The position numbers and the translations under genes were made by a program. Positions 17,163-20,000 of a stretch of DNA of 20,000 nucleotides are shown here, piece by piece. The DNA is from an uncultured virus (IMG/VR IMGVR_UViG_3300032305_002648) (lineage: Duplodnaviria; Heunggongvirae; Uroviricota; Caudoviricetes): IMG/VR virus record IMGVR_UViG_3300032305_002648; one strand, written 5' to 3'. Positions within the stretch are counted from its first letter, which is position 1, and each line of letters begins with the position of its first letter. The notes beneath the pieces were generated by a model. It was not told the DNA's origin, searched no databases, and worked only from the letters and a program-made list of their open reading frames with translations.

Positions 17163-17784
17163 TTTATCCGAACCACTTAATATTTCTTGATTTTACTCGC
17201 TCTACACATCATTTAACAAATGCTTCCCCTAATGGCCACTGTAAAACCGGCTTTTGGGGTAAAATTTACGGGACCCATCAAGCCGCCTCTTGACAAAAAT
17301 TAACGTATGAGGAAAAAAGAAAGGTGAGGGTGATACAAATCGCAACAATGGGGGCAATTTAGGCCCTGAAACGCTATATTTTTGTCATTTTTATTTACAC
17401 GCCGCAACAATAATTGGTTTTGGATTTTGGTTTTAACGGTTTTTTGGCTTTTTTGTGACAATTTATAAAGAATTGACAATTTAACCGCGCCAGTGCAACG
17501 TCCCAGCACTCTAGGCTGTAACACTTGACGGAATTGTTAAGTTATGTTACGAATTTTCGTGTTACGCGGGCTTCACAATACGTAATATTCCCTTAAATCG
17601 ACTGCAGCGCAACGGATCCGACCGGAGAGGGGCCAGACGGTAGGGAGCGGTTAGCGGCTGTGGTTTTAGGCGCGGCAGGGCTGGGGAAAAGTTCGGCGGC
17701 TGTTTCGGCTGGCGCCACTGGTAACGGGTCGGCGGCAGGCTGGCGGGCTGGCGCGGCCGGTCCTATCTGTTCGGGATGCGGCGC
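17163..17784. other. Non-coding divergence region between late (-) and early (+) transcription units; candidate origin/packaging/terminus region
   Basis: No credible ORF; AT-rich T tracts at 17290-17600; repeated TGACAA and TGTTAC words; G-skewed GC-rich stretch at 17620-17760. Confidence 0.6.
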
Positions 17785-17812
17785 TTGCCATTGGCAGGCC
17801 CGGCTGTATAAT
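17785..17812 (+). promoter_or_regulatory. Sigma70-type early promoter
   Basis: TTGCCA-N16-TATAAT, 54 nt upstream of ATG 17867. Confidence 0.8.
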
Positions 17813-17844
17813 TAGGGAAGGCCTGCGCAAGCTGGCCAATCAAT

Positions 17845-17858
17845 CCACCTAGTGAGGA
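17845..17858 (+). repeat. Start-associated motif copy 1 (CCACCTAGTGAGGA)
   Basis: Begins 22 nt before ATG 17867. Confidence 0.8.
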
Positions 17859-17866
17859 TCCCAACC

Positions 17867-18250
17867 ATGGCTTTATCCGCCCGCCACGCTTCAAAGCGCG
17901 CCGCCCTGTCCGCCGCCGCTAAGGCCGCCGGCCTGTCTGTCCCCGCTTACTTGGCTGCCACTCCGGCCAACGTGGTCGCCGCCCTGTTCGCGCCTAAGTG
18001 CGGCATTGAGACAACCACCTACTGCCTGCCCGCCCATTGGGCGTCCGCCCTCTTTAACGACGACACAAGCGGCCTTGATGATCAGGACGCGGCCGCCCTG
18101 GAACGCTTGCTGCTAGAGGAAGGGCTGGCCGCCCCATTGTCGATTGTTGGCGATGATCAGGGGCAGGAGCCGTTTTTTAAGACGTATCACGACGCCCGCC
18201 CCTATGGTGTGCTGGCTTGCAATTGTTTCGATTACGTGTTCCCCGTTTAA
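17867..18250 (+). CDS. Early hypothetical protein with an LPxxWASALxNxDxSGL motif
   Basis: 127 aa from ATG 17867 (preferred over GTG 17852 because of RBS/motif spacing); the motif resembles uncharacterised small phage proteins. Confidence 0.8.
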   Translation: MALSARHASKRAALSAAAKAAGLSVPAYLAATPANVVAALFAPKCGIETTTYCLPAHWASALFNDDTSGLDDQDAAALERLLLEEGLAAPLSIVGDDQGQEPFFKTYHDARPYGVLACNCFDYVFPV

Positions 18251-18252
18251 CT

Positions 18253-18301
18253 GATCCCCCCACGGAGCCCTAGCACTGCGCTAGGGTTCGCTGGGAGGTT
18301 C
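18253..18301 (+). promoter_or_regulatory. 22-bp intergenic RNA hairpin, putative RNase III-type processing site 1
   Basis: Arms 18253-18274 and 18280-18301; 10-bp upper stem, 2x2 internal loop, lower stem; no U tract. Confidence 0.65.
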
Positions 18302-18320
18302 AATCCTTCCAACATTCAAA

Positions 18321-18333
18321 CCACCTAGCACGG
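18321..18333 (+). repeat. Start-associated motif copy 2 (CCACCTAGCACGG)
   Basis: Begins 21 nt before ATG 18342. Confidence 0.8.
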
Positions 18334-18341
18334 TTCAACTA

Positions 18342-19091
18342 ATGAAGAACGCAACTAACGCCAACGGCCGAATCCTGTGGGAGGGTCTCTCCCCAGTTGA
18401 CGGGGCCCCGATCGTTTGCATCCTGACCGGATTGGCCGATCGTTCTGCTAACGGGAAAACTGGCGCCATGCTCCAGACCTGGATTCTGCGGCAGGATATG
18501 GCACCCCATCACGCCACTAAGGCCGGCCTAGATTTCTCTATCTGCGGCAATTGCCCTCACCGCCAATGGTCAAACGTAGGCGGCGAGCTTCTAGCAGCTC
18601 AGGGATCCTGTTACGTTCGCGCCTACCAGGCCCCCTACGCGGTGTGGAACTGTTACCTAAACGGCAGCGGCTACGCTCCCATAGGCGACGACTGGCATCT
18701 GCTGGCGGGCGCCGCTCTACGTATGGGGTCCTATGGGGATCCCGCCATGGTGCCGGCTGCTGTCTGGCGCAAGGCGGTGGGCGCCGCTGCAACCCATACC
18801 GGCTACTCTCACCAATGGCGCCAGCCATTCGCCCAGGGTCTGAAAGGCCTTGTGCAGGCTAGCTGCGATGGGATGGGCGATTATTTGGAAGCAACGGCCA
18901 ATGGCTGGCGGACCTTTCTCGTCAAGCCTGCCGGGACCCCTGATCCTGCCGGGCTGGTTCATTGTGCCGCCAGCGTAGAGCGAGGCCAGAAGACCACTTG
19001 CGCGGCCTGTCACCTCTGCGACGGCGCCAGTGCTAACGTTGTGATCGATGCCCACGGCGCTAAGGGTAAGCGGGTTGCCCTAGTTAACTGA
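18342..19091 (+). CDS. Cys-rich Fe-S protein, phage GP88-like/radical-SAM-like family
   Basis: SANGKTG, CGNCPHR...CY, LRMGSYGDP, TGYSHQW, QASCD and C-terminal C...CAACHLC motifs. Confidence 0.7.
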   Translation: MKNATNANGRILWEGLSPVDGAPIVCILTGLADRSANGKTGAMLQTWILRQDMAPHHATKAGLDFSICGNCPHRQWSNVGGELLAAQGSCYVRAYQAPYAVWNCYLNGSGYAPIGDDWHLLAGAALRMGSYGDPAMVPAAVWRKAVGAAATHTGYSHQWRQPFAQGLKGLVQASCDGMGDYLEATANGWRTFLVKPAGTPDPAGLVHCAASVERGQKTTCAACHLCDGASANVVIDAHGAKGKRVALVN

Positions 19092-19137
19092 TTCTCCTAC
19101 CGGGGCCCGCCGTAAGGTTGGCCCCCCTAGGGGATTC
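19090..19137 (+). promoter_or_regulatory. 22-bp intergenic RNA hairpin, putative RNase III-type processing site 2
   Basis: Arms 19090-19111 and 19116-19137 with a GTAA (GNRA) loop; same architecture as site 1. Confidence 0.65.
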
Positions 19138-19152
19138 TCTCCCCCAACTCAA

Positions 19153-19166
19153 CCACCTAGCAAGGA
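19153..19166 (+). repeat. Start-associated motif copy 3 (CCACCTAGCAAGGA)
   Basis: Begins 24 nt before GTG 19177. Confidence 0.85.
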
Positions 19167-19176
19167 ACCTATTACC

Positions 19177-19479
19177 GTGCACACAATCCGCCAAACCATC
19201 ACCGCCGACTGGGGCCCCTCCCTAGAGTCTGCCGCCCGCCAGCTTGCCTCCGTCCTAGTTGCCGCCTACGTGGCCGGCTACTGTCTCGGGGCCCTTGTGC
19301 ATCGCCTAAGCGCAACCATGGGGGCATGGGCTGGCAGGCCGCACCGGTCACCCGTCAAGCCTGCCGCCATTGCCGAACCCGTGGCCACCGCTGGCCCTGT
19401 CGCCATTAAGGCCGCCGCATGGTTGCGAGCTGGGGGCCTGTCATCCCATGAGATCGCCGCCATCCTGCAAACCGCCTAA
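19177..19479 (+). CDS. Early hypothetical protein with a hydrophobic helix and a C-terminal HTH-like segment
   Basis: LASVLVAAYVAGYCLGALV; AAWLRAGGLSSHEIAAIL resembles a truncated HTH. Confidence 0.7.
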   Translation: MHTIRQTITADWGPSLESAARQLASVLVAAYVAGYCLGALVHRLSATMGAWAGRPHRSPVKPAAIAEPVATAGPVAIKAAAWLRAGGLSSHEIAAILQTA

Positions 19480-19490
19480 GGCCGCACCCC

Positions 19491-19670
19491 ATGAGACACC
19501 CCCTAGCACCCGTGGCCGTTGCTGCCCTGCTGACCGTTGCCGCAGGCCTGGCAGCCGTCAAGATTGCGGACGCCTGCAACCACTGGCTGGACAGGCAGGC
19601 CTGCATTCAATCCGCACAAGCCAGCCAGACCACCTGGCCCGCTAATTACTGCCAGACAATCAACCGCTGA
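19491..19670 (+). CDS. Small 59-aa membrane/secreted-type protein missing from the ORF track
   Basis: MRHPLAPVAVAALLTVAAGLAAVKIADACNHWLDRQACIQSAQASQTTWPANYCQTINR; fills the gap, codon usage like its neighbours. Confidence 0.65.
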   Translation: MRHPLAPVAVAALLTVAAGLAAVKIADACNHWLDRQACIQSAQASQTTWPANYCQTINR

Positions 19671-19693
19671 CCGCTGCCGATAGCCTGCCGCCA

Positions 19694-19702
19694 TGGTAGG
19701 AT
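19694..19702 (+). promoter_or_regulatory. Putative extended -10 promoter (TGgTAGGAT)
   Basis: TGnTAnnnT in the intergenic gap, followed by a GGGG-tcat-CCCC hairpin and the start motif. Confidence 0.5.
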
Positions 19703-19727
19703 TTGGCAGGGGTCATCCCCAACCCAT

Positions 19728-19741
19728 CCGCCTAGCAAGGA
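19728..19741 (+). repeat. Start-associated motif copy 4 (CCGCCTAGCAAGGA)
   Basis: Begins 21 nt before ATG 19749. Confidence 0.85.
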
Positions 19742-19748
19742 TCGCACC

Positions 19749-19961
19749 ATGGCCAAGAAACTACAGCCCGGCGACCGGGTCCGTTACAGTTCCGAATTCT
19801 GCCGCACCATAGGGGCCGTTACTGGCTGGACACCGCAAGCTAAGGGCACCATCACCCGCCTATGGGGCGGCGGTGCGTTCGCTGAGATCCTATGGGATTT
19901 CGCCGGCCCCAGTGGTCGTCAAGGCGGGGCCCATCTATCCGCCCTGCAACGCCTACGCTGA
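19749..19961 (+). CDS. Small early protein, SH3/KOW-like beta-barrel
   Basis: 70 aa; LQPGDRVRY...GTITRL...AEILWD...LQRL pattern. Confidence 0.7.
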   Translation: MAKKLQPGDRVRYSSEFCRTIGAVTGWTPQAKGTITRLWGGGAFAEILWDFAGPSGRQGGAHLSALQRLR

Positions 19962-19979
19962 TTTCATCCCCCAATCCAA

Positions 19980-19993
19980 CCACCTAGCAAGGA
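19980..19993 (+). repeat. Start-associated motif copy 5 (CCACCTAGCAAGGA)
   Basis: After the stop at 19961; predicts another gene start at about 20000-20004. Confidence 0.85.
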
Positions 19994-20000
19994 TCCCCCG

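Noticed and set aside
114..17293. Plus-strand ORFs opposite the late genes (e.g. 3939-4340, 5574-6095, 11106-11642, 14978-15370)
   Set aside because: They are antisense shadows of codon-biased or repetitive genes, with no RBS or recognisable motifs.
17300..17524. 74-aa minus-strand ORF in the divergence region
   Set aside because: Non-ATG start, K/N bias derived from T tracts, no RBS, and overlap with regulatory-looking repeats.
18245..19137. Intergenic hairpins as integron attC sites (GTTTAAC at 18245 fits RYYYAAC)
   Set aside because: There is no proper GTTRRRY partner, the second hairpin lacks the boxes, the stems are symmetric without extrahelical bases, wobble pairs mostly favour top-strand RNA, and no integrase is in the window.
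18251..19137. Hairpins as hammerhead ribozymes or intrinsic terminators
   Set aside because: CTGAT is not followed by GA and there is no GAAA core; no U tract follows either stem.
18538..19694. Minus-strand and alternate-frame ORFs in the early region
   Set aside because: They are shadows expected in GC-rich coding DNA; the motif-led plus-strand ORFs already tile the region.
17845..19993. Repeated CCACCTAGCAAGGA as a CRISPR array
   Set aside because: Repeats are only about 14 nt, are separated by whole genes of variable length, and no cas genes are present.
1..20000. tRNA/rRNA genes, transposases, integrase, introns or inteins
   Set aside because: No such signatures were seen; TerL and MCP are of normal length and uninterrupted.

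Overview
This is 20 kb of a tailed dsDNA phage genome; a picocyanobacterial host is inferred, not shown. Positions 1-17162 are a minus-strand virion module. In transcription order it holds about seven Q/A/G/P-rich putative internal or ejection proteins (one built from 11-aa repeats), putative TerS, TerL, an AbrB-like regulator, portal, scaffold, two small low-complexity proteins, major capsid, a probable decoration protein, a helix-hairpin-helix protein, a probable adaptor and a lytic transglycosylase. A ~700 bp non-coding divergence region with AT tracts and TGACAA repeats follows. The last part is a GC-rich plus-strand early region with a sigma70-type promoter and small genes, including a Cys-rich Fe-S/radical-SAM-like protein. 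Four features stand out: (1) a start-associated motif CCRCCTAGYRMGG ahead of nearly every early gene; (2) two sequence-divergent but structurally identical 22-bp intergenic RNA hairpins resembling RNase III sites; (3) a 572-nt out-of-frame portal/scaffold overlap with a codon signature of dual coding; (4) a hendecad-repeat protein resembling a DNA-translocation tube. All functional calls come from motif recognition and gene order; no database search was run.
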